NCBI GenBank assembly: GCA_028534125.1
Contig: CM052817.1
Coordinates: 77,192,001-77,256,000, forward strand
From: Lama glama
Lineage: Eukaryota
DNA length: 64,000 nt
Reading direction: 5' to 3'
Positions within the stretch are counted from its first letter, which is position 1; each line of letters begins with the position of its first letter. The notes under the pieces were generated by a model, which worked only from the letters and a program-made list of their open reading frames with translations, was not told the origin of the DNA and made no database searches. Below are positions 36,082-48,637 of this stretch, piece by piece. Position numbers and translations under genes: made by a program.

Positions 36082-39000
36082 TGCACTCCTGAATGAGATA
36101 CATCAGAAACAATGTATTGAAATATCTCATGTGTGCATTAAATTTTCCTATAATGATAACATAATGTTACATTTTAAAATTGTCAACCTGTGCAAATTTT
36201 TATGCATGTTTATTTATGTATGTCTTTCAAAAACTTTTCTTACATTTTCCTAAAATTCTACAGATATCTTGCAGAACAGATGACTTGCTCAAACATTACT
36301 TCGATGTTTTGATTGTTTAAAAAACCTACTTTGTAATGTAAAAAAAAAGTTTTCAATGGCATTTAAACTTCTTGCAGAGAAGGAATTTTTTACATATGAT
36401 GGCTGTATTCCCAATAATCCTAATCAATACTAATATCAACACTAAAAAACGAAGAAATATATAGTAATAGGAAGAACAGAAATAGGAAGAGAGATCTGGA
36501 AGTTATACTCGGAATGATGGACAAACTTCCCCTGGCAGTTGAAGCTTTTGGATGCTGGCATCATTACCCAAGTTGGGAAGAAGGAAAGTGGAAGGAAATG
36601 CTATCCCTAGAGATATTTCAGGCCAGGTTTGCCGAAGTGCTGGAAAACAAAATGCGGGAAACCCCCTGAATACGTTGTCAGGGCAACGGCCTAACTGTCC
36701 TCCATAGAGCTTTTTCTGTGCACCACTGATGGGGTAAGAGGGCTCTGAGTCTGGCTTGCGCTTTCACTGATGCCAGGGTGACCTCAGGCAATTTGCTTCA
36801 CCTGGCTGTCACGTTTCCCTCTCCCCAGAGGGTCTAGAAAATGACACTTACTTGGTGGGGCTTTGTAACCACTTCAAGATTTCAAAGAGAAAGTTATGAA
36901 AGATGGAAAAAGCATTGTTCCTTGTCACTCCACTTGTTGGTCAACAAAAGTTGAAATCTTGAAATAAAGTCCAAATCAGGTTTAATATGTTAGTTTTAAG
37001 TTTGCGTTTACTGTGTTTCCATTTAATTCAGTTTGATTCTATGCAATTTCATTTCATGTGCATTTACTGAGCAGCTACTATTATCTTCAGAAAACTCAAA
37101 ATCCAGGGTCTGTAGAAATTGGTTCACTCACCATGTTGGAAGGCCAGGGGGATTCCCCTGTTTGAAGGATAGAAAAAGAATCTCCCAAATCCCTGTCTGG
37201 TCTAGCAATTCCATTATATCCAGATGTGAAGCCCAGTGGAAAAAGTGGGAGACAGGATAGTCGATCCATCAATGAACATTTTTGAGCTCCTAGTGAGTTG
37301 CAGACACTATTCTAGATGCTGGGGAATTCGGACTGAAATGCAATCCCAGTCGTGGATGAAACGACAGGTGAAACCATGCTCTCTCAGGACCTCATTTCAC
37401 AGTTCTGTTAAAGGGTATGATGCTGTTTCTACTACTTCATGGTAGGATTGTGAATGGGAAAACATCCTGAGTTAAAAAAAGTGACAAACCACTACTAATA
37501 ACAATAACATCCAAATAAACCGAGTGCCTCCTGACTCCAGCACAGTGCTGAGCATCACCAGCATCATCAGTGCTTCACAGCAGCCTTTTCTTTTCCATGT
37601 AGGAGGAAACTGAGGCATGGAAGCCAAGGTAACCAGCTAGTGGTTGACAGAACCAGGACACAAATCCAGGCCTGTCTTGATTACAAAGGGTTATGAAGTG
37701 TAATGAAATCCGGTCAGCTGAACACCTGCTCTCAAACTCAGTGATGGCCATTTTACCCTCCCTCTGCTCAGTTATTGCCAGCTGCCTTGCAAATAATTAG
37801 CAATTTCCCAGGAAATTCCCCACTTTTGTGGGAAGTCCATTGCACTGACTTGCAATAAAAAGCTGTCTCCTTCCAAAAACTTTTAGCTAAGGCATCTGTG
37901 TTTCCATCCAGAAAGGATCGTCTTAGAAAGCAAAGAGAAGGGTGAAAGGACAAATTTATTAAGCAGTTACTGTGGGCCAGGCACTTGTTTAAAATTTGTT
38001 TAAAAAACAAGTGTTTGGAAACATCTCATTTATTGCTCAGAGCAACTTCCAAAGAGGAGAATACCAAGGTTCAGAAAAGACGAACGATGGACCCAAGGCT
38101 GTACAGAAAGTAGCAGCAGGGCTGGGGTTTGACTTCACACGCAGCTCCTGCCTCTCCCCACCACCTGTGCTGCCTCTGAAGAAAGTATAGTACGGTTTCT
38201 TGCTCAGTCAAATATTTTTATGATTCAAATAAGCAGTGCCAGTCACCACTACTGCAATGACACGGGATAGGTCTCTGTTCAAATATCACCTCCTCACAGC
38301 AGAAAGCTTCCCCTGAAGTAGCCAGTCTCTCCCTACGTCACACTGATAGCTTTATTTTTCTTCATTGTGCTTATCACTATCGGACAAAACACAGGATTAT
38401 TTGTCTTTGTTTTCTCTCTTGCCGACTAACATATGAGTTTCTAGAAAGCACGTGCCTCATCTGACTTGTTAATTTCCATATCCCTCATGCTTAGAACATT
38501 TGAAATAATAAATAATAGCATTAGAAATAGTAAGCATTTGTTAAGTAAATGAGTTAAAGCAGCTTTTAAAGGCAGGGTAGATAGCAAACTCGTGACAGGT
38601 TAACAGCACAGTATGGTTTAGTCTGGAAAGCATCACTTTGGTGCAACAAATGCAGGAATTTGAATTAAATTTCTGCTTCATAGGTTAAAAGTGATTCCCA
38701 ACTTAAGAGATTACCTAAAATTATCTAAAATTTGGTTCTTCAATATAAGGCTTCACTCAAGAATCTCATCAGCATTATTTATTTTATTTACTAGGCATTT
38801 TTAATACTACTCTTGCAACTTTAGATATTTTGTCACTGTAAATGTTAAGTCTATTTTAAATTTTATTACCTTCCAGAAGCCTAAGGGCTAAGCAGACATT
38901 TTAATTTACCTTGTGATGCTATGAAGTTAGAGAGGGGGTAAAAAGATTGATGAAAAATGAAAAGATCAGAGGAGAGATAACTAAATTATGAAACTCCAAA

Positions 39001-40689
39001 AAGTATTAGTATTATCTATGAAAAAAACCCCACACAAATTAGCTGATAACTACTACAAACACTGTAAAATCCAGATAAATAACGATATTTTATTATTTAA
39101 CTGAATCACCTTTCCCCCCTATATTCTTGGTTGAATTCTCTGTGATTTCTTGTTTATATGACAATAACTTTGTAATATCATTTTTTCCATTAGCCTCTGG
39201 CATGGTTAATTGATGTTAGTTTTTATGAGTGATAACTGGGTTGCATACTATATGAGACTTTTCATGTAAGCACGGTAACATGGCTCTAGGTTTATGCCCA
39301 TAAACTTAGAAATTCTGATAAATTCTACTTTTCATATGTAATAGTAAAAAAAAATACATGGTGCATTTATAACTGTTTGTGTTGCATTATCTAACAAATT
39401 CCTAACACCTTTGAATTTGACTAGGCATCAATAAGAAACAAATTCTTCACTGGAGATTTTTATGTTTAGCTATTGAAAAAGTTTCCATAGACTAGTTTGT
39501 GGTGCTGTACATTTCAGCCCAACTACTTACAGTGGCAGCATCTTAGAATGGGTCGATGTTACAAGATCTCTGACCCTGCCCTTCAGTGTTTCTACACCAG
39601 GCGAATCGGCACAACAAATGGTGGGAGTATGCCTGGGAGCTGTTCATTCCTAGGCTGGCGCAGCTGGCAATAACTTGACATGAATGTAACTGAGAACTAC
39701 ATAAACATATCCCATCAAAACCAAGAGGAACAAATCTTCAACTCATCTTCCCTTTAGCTGGATTCCAAAAATGCCCATGGGTACTCCACCACCACTTGGA
39801 TGGGAAGTTGGAGTGAAAAAAGACAACAATCCTCGCCAAATTCAGTTCAAGTATATTACTTTGGCAGATTTTACAAAGGCATATGAACATGTGAACACGT
39901 TGTTGGTGTTCCTTCTGGGGCCTTGGAAGGGATCTTGGAAGGGTGGGTCTTGAGCTTCTGCTTCTTTAACTTCATATAAGATTCTCCAGGAATGGGTTCA
40001 CATCACTACACTTCAGCTACACTAATCTCCATCTCGTTTTTGTATTGATAAGGCCTATTTTTGCCCTTCTTTTCATTCTTCCTGCCTTTCAAATAACCGT
40101 CTCCTTATCATTTGTGTCTCAGCTCAGGGAGGCCTTTTCTGATCTCCCATGGGTATCACTCCCATTACTCTGCCATGTCACCATGTTCCTCTCTCTTTTT
40201 AGCTCTCCTTTCTCTCTGAAGCTCTCTTGTTTACTTATTTATTGTTTGGCTTTTCCAGTAAAATGTAGGTTCCAAGAGAGAGGAATTTTGCCCGAGGTTC
40301 TTATAGCTACACCATCTGAACCTAGAAGAGCATCTGGCACACATTCATTCCAATGATTTTTGAATGAATGAATGAACTATCAGCTCAAAAGTGCATAAGT
40401 ATCTTTAATTAGCTATGAATATGGTTTTATCATTGTAATCAAGTTATTTCAACTCTAGTCTCCCATTTCACTGGGCTGGCAGAAAGCCAGTCTCGGGTAT
40501 GGTTAGGGTCCCTTCCTTCCAGGGGTTTGCAATAGAGGATCAGGTCATCAGTCACCGGACCGTCCATGGTCTTGACCAGCAGACAGGCCCCAACTGCAGC
40601 TTCTGTAACACGCATGTGAGAAGGAGCCCTGCTAGTGGTGTCCAGCAGCTAAACCTTTCATTTCATTCTTTTTTAAAAAAAAATTTCTT

Positions 40690-40772
40690 CATTTTCGTCA
40701 TGGAGGAACTGGGGATTGAACCCAGGACTTCGTGCATGCTAAGCATGTGCTCTAGCACTGAGACATACCCCC
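40690..40772 (-). mobile_element. vic-1-like SINE copy
   Basis: ctggggattgaacccaggacttcgtgcatgctaagcatgtgctcta closely matches the reverse complement of the 30192 element. Confidence 0.88.
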
Positions 40773-41235
40773 TTACCACCCCCCCCCCCCCCGGCTCCTG
40801 CCACATCTACCTTTAAAAGACCCTGCAGCTGTTTCTCTCTGAGGCCTTGCCCTTCTTTCCCTGACAGCAGCATGGCAGTCTGCACTCCTCGAGAGGCCCA
40901 CAGACCACTAGACCCTCCCAGGCAGGACTAACAGCCTCCCCTGCTTTTCTCAAGGGCGCTGCTCTGGGATACCTTGCAAAATAATTTTATGGCACTTAGA
41001 CCTTACAAGACTGTGAATCGCTGTTACCACCTTCTGTTTCTGCTCAGCAAAATCCTCCAGTTAAGGAAATTGTAAAGGTCTGACTACTTTCTTGAAATAA
41101 GAAGAAAGGAGAAATCTTAAGAGCAAACACAACTATCAAAATCTCAAAAATTATCCTGTCACATACTCTATAAATTCTTGTGTATTGGAAAAGGAAACTA
41201 ACTTGCAGTTTGGCTGTCTGTATGCTATGCCTCTC

Positions 41236-41605
41236 TGTTAGGGGCTAAATTTTATCCCCTCAAATTCATGCACTGAAGCCCTACCCACCAGTATCTTAGA
41301 ATTTTGGAAATAGGGGCTATAGGGGTTAACTAAGTTAAAATGAGGTCATTAGGGTGGGCTCTAATCCAGTATGACTGGAGTCCTTATAAGAAGGGGAGAT
41401 TAAGATACAGACAGGTACCGAGAGAAGACTCTGTGAAGATACTTGGAGAAGACAGCCATCTACAAGTCAAGGGGACAGGCCTCAAAAGACTCTGCTGACA
41501 CCTTGATCTCAGATTTCTGGCCTCCTGAAATGTGAGAAAATAAATTTCTGTTCTTGAAGTCACCCAGTCTGTGGTCCTTTGTAATGGAGGCTTAGCAAAT
41601 AAATA
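41236..41605 (+). mobile_element. MLT1A/B-like MaLR LTR
   Basis: aaatgaggtcattagggtgggctctaatcc...ctgctgacaccttgatctcaga...aataaatttctgtt. Confidence 0.85.
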
Positions 41606-42091
41606 TCCTCCCTCATGCAGTAAGGCTGGGCAAAGCAGCAACTCTGGGCTTTGAGAAAAAGTCGGAGTTGCTAGTGTGCATCTCCTTAGCTCTGCAAGGC
41701 CCTGCAATCACCAGCACTCATAACAGAGTTGGTTTCTCCCCAAACCACATTCAGCCTCAAAGCAAGAACGGGCACGTAAATGAGAAGGGAAAATGCTTTT
41801 AGGAGGGCCTGAGGGTGTCTTCTTTCACAGGGCTTCTTGTCGCCTGCACTGGAATGCCGCAGAGCCCCCACACCACCTGCTCACATGGCATTTCATGCAC
41901 ATGCATTCCAGGAAACAACACAAATACTCGAGTGGCAGCAGGCCCTAGCGAGGCCAGCAGATGATGCATTAGTGATTCTCCAATAGTCAGAGAGTTGCAT
42001 AACTGTTAGATATGAGTTCACAAATGTTTACCGTCAAATCGATCATCTGTAGACGTATTTTTTAACACCTAGAAAAAAGGTCTGTTATCTT

Positions 42092-42150
42092 TGGGTTCAA
42101 TTCCCAGTCCCTCCATTAAAATAAATACATAAATAAACCTATTCACCCCC
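42092..42150 (+). mobile_element. 5'-truncated vic-1-like SINE remnant
   Basis: tgggttcaattcccagtccctcc...aaataaacctattcacccc matches the 3' half of the other copies. Confidence 0.6.
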
Positions 42151-42793
42151 CTGTCCCGCCAATGACAGCAATAAAGATACAGAAGATATCATGGAGATCT
42201 CATCTTTGATAATTCATTGACATTACCTTACATTTTTTCTTAAAAATTGTCTTTACTTTTTCTGCTGTTTCAGTACTATCTGAAATACAAAAAAAGGGAA
42301 TATTTATCAGCAAAAACATAACCAGCAAAATGATATATAGTTAGTAGACATCATGAGTCATAACATTGTATTTCATTCCTTGACATTACAGACAAACGAC
42401 CTCCAATGTTTTGGAAAAATCAGATGCCTAAAACTATTTTTTTTCTAATAAGTTTATTTAACTCCATCTTCATTGTCCTAAAATGCACACACACATGCAC
42501 ACACGCCACTTTTATAAAGTATGCTTTTTGAAAATGAAACTTTTAATATATACTTGTCCTACAAGGACTTTAATCCATGTGGCTTCATCTGGTGATTTGT
42601 TGGAATTTAACTCACATAAATGGATTAGCTAATGTTGTAAGATGCCTGCTACTTTTTTTTAAGGCCTTTTAATAAGCATCAAGTTTTGGTGGCCCAAAAG
42701 TAAAGAAAATGTAAGTTTGGTTTAGATATTGAAATTATGGTGCATTTTTCCAGTTTTCGTCATTCTAAATTTCACATAATTTTACAATAATGT

Positions 42794-43640
42794 TGTGAGA
42801 TAACAGAACATATGTATTAGTCTTTGCCCCCCATTCTTGACACAGAGCTCCTAAAACCTTTGTAATTTCCTAAGTGATAAGAACACTAGTTCTGATATTG
42901 GTATTTGACCTCTGTTCCTCACACAGAGCTCCTGAAACCCTTGTAATTTCCTGGATGGTAGGCATGCCTTTGTTCTAATGAGGCAACTGTGGGTGAGTTC
43001 CTGGATGGCTCCTGAATGAGGGCTAGTCACTGGCGAGACAGAACCATGATTAGAAGCTTGGGATTTTCAGCCACGCCCCTCCATTCTCTTGAGAAGGGAG
43101 AAGGGCTGAAAATGGAGTTAATGATTGATCATGTCTATGTGATGAAGCCTCCATAAAATCCCCAAAAGATAGAGTTCAGAGAACGCCTGAGTTGGTGAGC
43201 GCATGGGGGTGCTGGGAGAGTGGTGCCCTGGACAAGGCCACGAGAGTCCCATGCTCCGTCCCAATACCTTGTCCTACCCTTCTCTTCCACCTGAATGTTT
43301 ATCTGTATTCTTTATTACATCCTTTAATAAACTGGTAAATGTAAACAAGTGTTTCCCTGAGTTCTGCAAGCTGCTATAGCAAATTAATCAACCCCAAGGA
43401 GTGGAGTCTTTGGAACCTCTGATCTATAGTCAGTTTGTCAGAAGCACAAATGATAAGCTGGGCCTGCAACTGATGTCTGCAGTGTGTGTGAATGGGGGTG
43501 GGGGGCGGTCATGTGGGCCTGAGCCCTTACCTCCTTGTAGATAGTGTCAGAATTTAGTTGAATTCTTGGACACCCTGCTGGTGTCCTGAGAATTGCTTGT
43601 TGGTGGTATGGGGGGCCCCCCTCCACAGGTACACATTGGA
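42794..43640 (+). mobile_element. MER21-like LTR
   Basis: Repeated cacagagctcct..aa.ccttgtaatttcct unit, plus tgtttccctgagttctg and gtagatagtgtcagaatt. Confidence 0.7.
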
Positions 43641-45234
43641 ATTGTGATCAGAAACAAAAAGAAATGTTCATTCCTTTTGCTGTGATGCTTTATTTTTCTC
43701 CAAAATAGTATTTTACTATGTTATTCATAACGAAGAATAACTTCTAGAGCTTTGAATAATTAGAAAGCGATCACAGACATTAGCTCAAAATGGAAAGTAA
43801 TGATATTTTTGAGTGAAAAATTAGAAAAATAAAAAAGAAGCAGGAGGTGGGCATGGATAGCTAATGTGAAATTATTGTAGAGTAAGCTATTCCTAGTGGA
43901 ACATTTTTGCTTCATAATATGCTTTCCCAGTTCACGTTAGGCTCAGAGATCTTACCTTGCTGTCAAAATTGGGAGAGATGGTGTAAATATTTTTTGCTGA
44001 ATGAAAAATCAAATGAATGAATGAATGAATGGTAGTATAAAACCACATCTGATAGTGTGAAACGATTTAAGTAGCATAGAGTTAGAGTTAGTCTAAAAAG
44101 ATCATTTTTAAAACCACTTAAGTCACTTTTTTCTCTTAATTTTTTTTCTCTTGACTTGATCCTTAAATCTTAAATAAAATAAAAAACAGGCTTGTGTGTT
44201 GTTTCACCAGGGCTCTGATTCTATTCCCCTACTAGTGTCTTAGGTTCACCCCATTGGATCTGGGATTTGATTTCACCCCCCTTGCAAGCTACTAAGTTAC
44301 GCTGTTACTGTTTCATGGATGCTGAAAGCAGATGTGAGACTATCTTGAGTAGAGACAACAAGCTTTATTACTTGGAAAAACAAGCATTGTGACCACCAGG
44401 ATGTTTACAACAGTTCATCTTGCCTCAAACTCCACAGGGTTGACATGATATGACCCAGGTGGATGTTACACACACAGTTTTGGTTTGCATCTAACAGCTA
44501 AGGATCACTAGAGTTAGTGAATCCATTGCTTTTATTTTGTTTTTGTCTAACAATCAGCTAGCAAACTTGCTCTTTCTCCCAGATTGAGAAATTTACCGCA
44601 TTTCTCAAGGTTACTTTCTGCAAACAAAACCCTGAGAAATAGCTTAGGAAAAGAAGGATTAAGACCTTGAATTCTGACACACCTAGAAAGTTATACAGAG
44701 TGCTAGAGACCCATGGAAGACTCTCTGCCACCACAACCTTGTGATGGTTTCATCCTCACACTGGCTTCCTCCATTGGTTGCTGTCAATGTCCACGAGGGG
44801 TGGGGTGGAGAGGATGTTGCCCTGACAGCTACCTGGAAAAGTCTTGAGCTTCCCTGTGGTTAGACCATCTATGAATTAATTACTGGGGCTAAGGAAATGT
44901 CCTTAATTCAGGCTTAGGTTTGTACCCATTCCTGAACTAATCTCTGTGTGTTAAGGATGAATGGTTACCCTGATTGCTTTAGCTCATCCATGCTGCTGGG
45001 GTGGTAGGATCAATTGTCCCCACCCAGTAGCTACTAAGGGGGAAGAGGCAAAATGTTAGGGAGGCAGTCACACCTACTTCACGTGGTCTCTAAGTGGTGT
45101 AATTAAGAGTTTTGCTCTGTTTCGGGTTTTTCCAAGTCAAATGAAATAGAGAGAAAGAAAAGAAATGAGAATTTTTTGCCTTTCTTTTCTCTGCCTTTAT
45201 TCTGGGAAATCTTATCTATTTTTTCTGTTCTACT

Positions 45235-47030
45235 CATATTAATTGAGCACCAATTAGGTGTCAGGAACTATATTAGACTTGGGGATACAACTCTGAAAAA
45301 ATCAGAAATTACCCCTAATCTCACAGAGTGAAGGATTCATTTTAAGGGACCATTGGGATGAGAGGGAAAAATACAGGACACAGAAGGAGCACCTAATCTG
45401 AACACTGAGGAAGAGAGTTAGACAAAGCTTCCTGGAAAACATGCTATCCAATCTGAGGCCAAAAATTGAGTAGCAATTATCAGGTGATCTATGTGTGGGT
45501 GAGAACTAGACAGCTTGGAAGAATGCCTTAGCAGATGGGAAAACAAAGCAAGTTAGAGAAACTAAAAGTAGTTCTGTGTGTCTGAATCATAAAATTCAAG
45601 GTTAGAGATGAGGTGGGAGAAGTGAGGAGTGGGAGGCAGAAAGTGTTATATATGTAAAGAAACTTTGATTTTTCTGAGAAAACTTAAAGACTTTAAATGG
45701 AGGGAAAATAGGGTAGATATTGCATTTCAGAAATTTCACCCTGGCTATAGAGTGAAAAACGAATTGAGGGTGGAAATAAGGCTGGGACAGAGGAGCTAGT
45801 TAAGAGGTTGTTGAAGTCTAGCCCAGACACAGAAGTAATCATACCAGTGAAAATGGGATGAAGGGGTAAATTTGCAATCTATTTAGAAGTTGGAGCATAG
45901 GTCTAAATAAGTAATTGGATGCATAAGATAAGTTTAAGAAAATACATAAGGCCTGGAGATAGGATAGCAATGATTAGAAGAGATATTTTGAATTCAGGTA
46001 GGCGAAGGTTCAAATCCTGACTCTACCACCTAGGACCTAAGACTGAATTAATTACCAGAAAAAGAGAGACACTAATAACTACCTATCATAGCTGCTTTGA
46101 GGATAAATGTATAAATAAATAAAATATTATATGTCAAGTTCCTGACACCAAATAAATCTTCATTAAATTATAGCAATATGTTAGTTCCTGGTTCTCTGTC
46201 TTGGGGAACTGGATGAAGGAGCCATTCATTGAGTATAGCAGTTAGAAATGTGCTGGCTTCCATCATAAGCTGTACCCATAGCAGTTTAAACAAAATGGGT
46301 TATTTTTCTTGCACAGTAAGAAGATTGGAGGTGGGCAGCTATTGGCAGTAATTCAGTCAGGATGGAGTCTTTGTTGTTATCCTTGTCTTTACCTCATGGT
46401 CACAGTATGGCTGCTCCAGTTCCAGCCTCTAGTATCACCTTTACATTTGAGTCAGGGTTGAAGAGGATCAAGCATAAGAAAATGGTAATGGGTTAGTCAA
46501 TTACCCTGAGATGGAGAACGTAGGAGGAGGAGAATCCCCAAATAATAATAATAAACTTGATTTTGAATATATTGACTTGTAGAATTCTGTGATATATTCA
46601 CATAAAATGAGGTTTAATAGGCAGTTGGATATATTGGCTTGGAGTTAAGGAAAGGGATCTGGGATTGAGGGGGAAGGTTAAATTCTGTGGGGTGAATGAG
46701 AGAACCCACAGAAAGGGTGTGAAGTAAGAAAAGAAGAGGACCAGGACGTAGCCCTGGCACAGAACACCAACACTTAATGGATGAGTAGAGGCCAAGGACT
46801 GCCAAAGGCAAGAGAGGAGTGGTTAGAGAGGCAAGAGGACGGCCAAGTGCACGTTGTGTCCTGGAAGCCTAAGGGAAAACATAATATAAGGAGGACATGG
46901 TCCATGAGACAAGTGCTACACAAAAGCAAGGATGTGATAAGTGACCTTGCTGAGAGCTTTTCCTGTTTAAGGGACAGAAGCTAGACAGGAGTGGGTGAGG
47001 AGCAGAGACAGGAGAAAGCACAAAGAACGA
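45235..47030 (-). mobile_element. Fragmented LINE-2 with embedded MIR/LTR pieces
   Basis: ttgagcacc...tgtcagg...ggggatacaa, ggcagttggatata and gtgtcctggaagcc motifs. Confidence 0.6.
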
Positions 47031-48099
47031 ATGTAAAAAGTCTTCTTTTTCTTTTGCTCTCAGAGTTCATATTTTAGGACGTCACTTGAAAAATTCTTTT
47101 TTTAAAAGAAAGATTTTTGGTAAAGTCAATTCACCTTTCTGAAGAGAATCAAACTTGGAATGAGAGTCTGGTTCTCATGGCCTTCAGAGGGTCTCTTCCC
47201 ATGCAGCAGTCTCTGATTACATGGTCCATCCGTACTCCAGTGATGAGGCACAAATAAATGGACACTTTTGGGTTCTTGGAGCAGGGCTGTGTAAATGTTC
47301 ACTGTGTAACGCCTCCTAGTACTGAAACAAGCAGAGGGTTTGGAAGTCACTGGTCTGGTGCCACATGTAACATGAACTAACTTTCCCAGGCTCTTCTTTA
47401 TTTAGTGTGTTTTTATGTGGATGAATGTCATGGAAAATAAAAGAATTATGGGAAAATAAAAATGTTCCATTGTACAATTTTTGATAGGCTGTATTCATAT
47501 TTAAAACACTGAAGTATTTTGGACCACATGTAAAATCAACATTTATATTGGACCACCCAGACTCAGAACACATGATGAGAGACTATAAAAATAAGAAACA
47601 TTAGTGGCATCGTATGCAGTTGGCTGATTGTGCAGGTTTAAAAAGTTTCCTTCTGCTAAGGAAGGAAGAAAATGAAATACTTATTTAAATTTAAAGTACT
47701 CCAAACCATGCAACAGATTTAGTTATAAAAATGCAGTTTCCAGGGGAAAAGCTGCTCTCCCTCTCTGTGTCTGTCTGTCTCTCTTCTCCTCCTTCTTCTG
47801 ATTATATACACACACCAGTTCAGAAAAGCACTTTTCAGAGGACAAAGGTTTTTTTTTAAATAAATGTTTTGCTTTCTTTTATTTCCTCTTCTTATGGGGT
47901 TAGTTCTGCAGGCTGCAGTCAGTGAAAGCTTGGGAAAACAATAATTTAACCCACTTTAACTCCCTTTTGTCTGTTTCGATCATCAATGTGGTAATTCTCA
48001 AAACAATCATTTTAGAGAATCTAATCCTCTAGTAGTTGAGTTCTCAGAGCTTTTGTTTTAGGATGTCACTCGTGACCTGGAGGTTAAAACCTTCATGTG

Positions 48100-48532
48100 T
48101 CCTCTACTATTTATAGAATTATTAAATGGAAGTTTTCCTATCATACTTTCCTTCAAGTGCTGGGATTTAATCAGTTTGAGCTAGAGAACTTTGGTTTTCT
48201 CCCCCGCCCCCATCTTGCCCCAAATGGGGGACATTCTCCTATGTGTGAGGCTCTTTCCATTCCCTGAAGGTGGGCTGAGCAAAGGAGCGTGACGCAAGAG
48301 TGGGCTGTGTCCTCCACGCCTCTAGCGCCTCTGCCGCCTTGTGAATGATCCTATTAGCGGAGCAAATTCGCGGCGGCGGCCGGGGCGGCGGCGGCGGCGG
48401 CTCCAGCGGAGGTTCCGCGCGCCCCAGTCCTGCCTTCTTGGCGGGAGCCTGAGGCTGAGTGCACATCCTCAGCCGCACCCAGGCTTCATCTGTCTTTTCA
48501 AGCTCTTCATGCTACCCAATTAAAAGAAGAAA
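48100..48532 (+). promoter_or_regulatory. SYNPO2: SYNPO2 promoter / 5'UTR with short CpG-rich patch
   Basis: CpG/GGC-rich stretch at about 48288-48480, GC box CCCCGCCCC at 48201, MEF2-consensus CTATTTATAG at 48107-48116, M-CAT CATTCC at 48258, TGACGCAA at 48290. Lies directly upstream of the ATG. Confidence 0.75.
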
Positions 48533-48637
48533 ATGGGCACGGGGGATTTTATCTGCATCTCCATGACCGGAGGGGCGCCCTGGGGGTTCAGACTGCAAGG
48601 TGGCAAGGAGCAGCAGCAGCCCTTACAAGTTGCTAAG
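48533..48637 (+). CDS. SYNPO2: SYNPO2 (synaptopodin-2/myopodin) first coding exon, N-terminal part of PDZ domain
   Basis: AAAATGG start context. 105 bp = MGTGDFICISMTGGAPWGFRLQGGKEQQQPLQVAK, including the PDZ carboxylate-binding loop PWGFRLQGG. AAG|GTAGGA donor. Position divergent from SEC24D matches the known mammalian gene order. Confidence 0.96.

Noticed and set aside
48239..48523. Pro-rich and Arg-rich ORFs over the SYNPO2 5' region
   Set aside because: By-product of the GC-rich GGC tract. The plus-strand frame stops before the SYNPO2 ATG.
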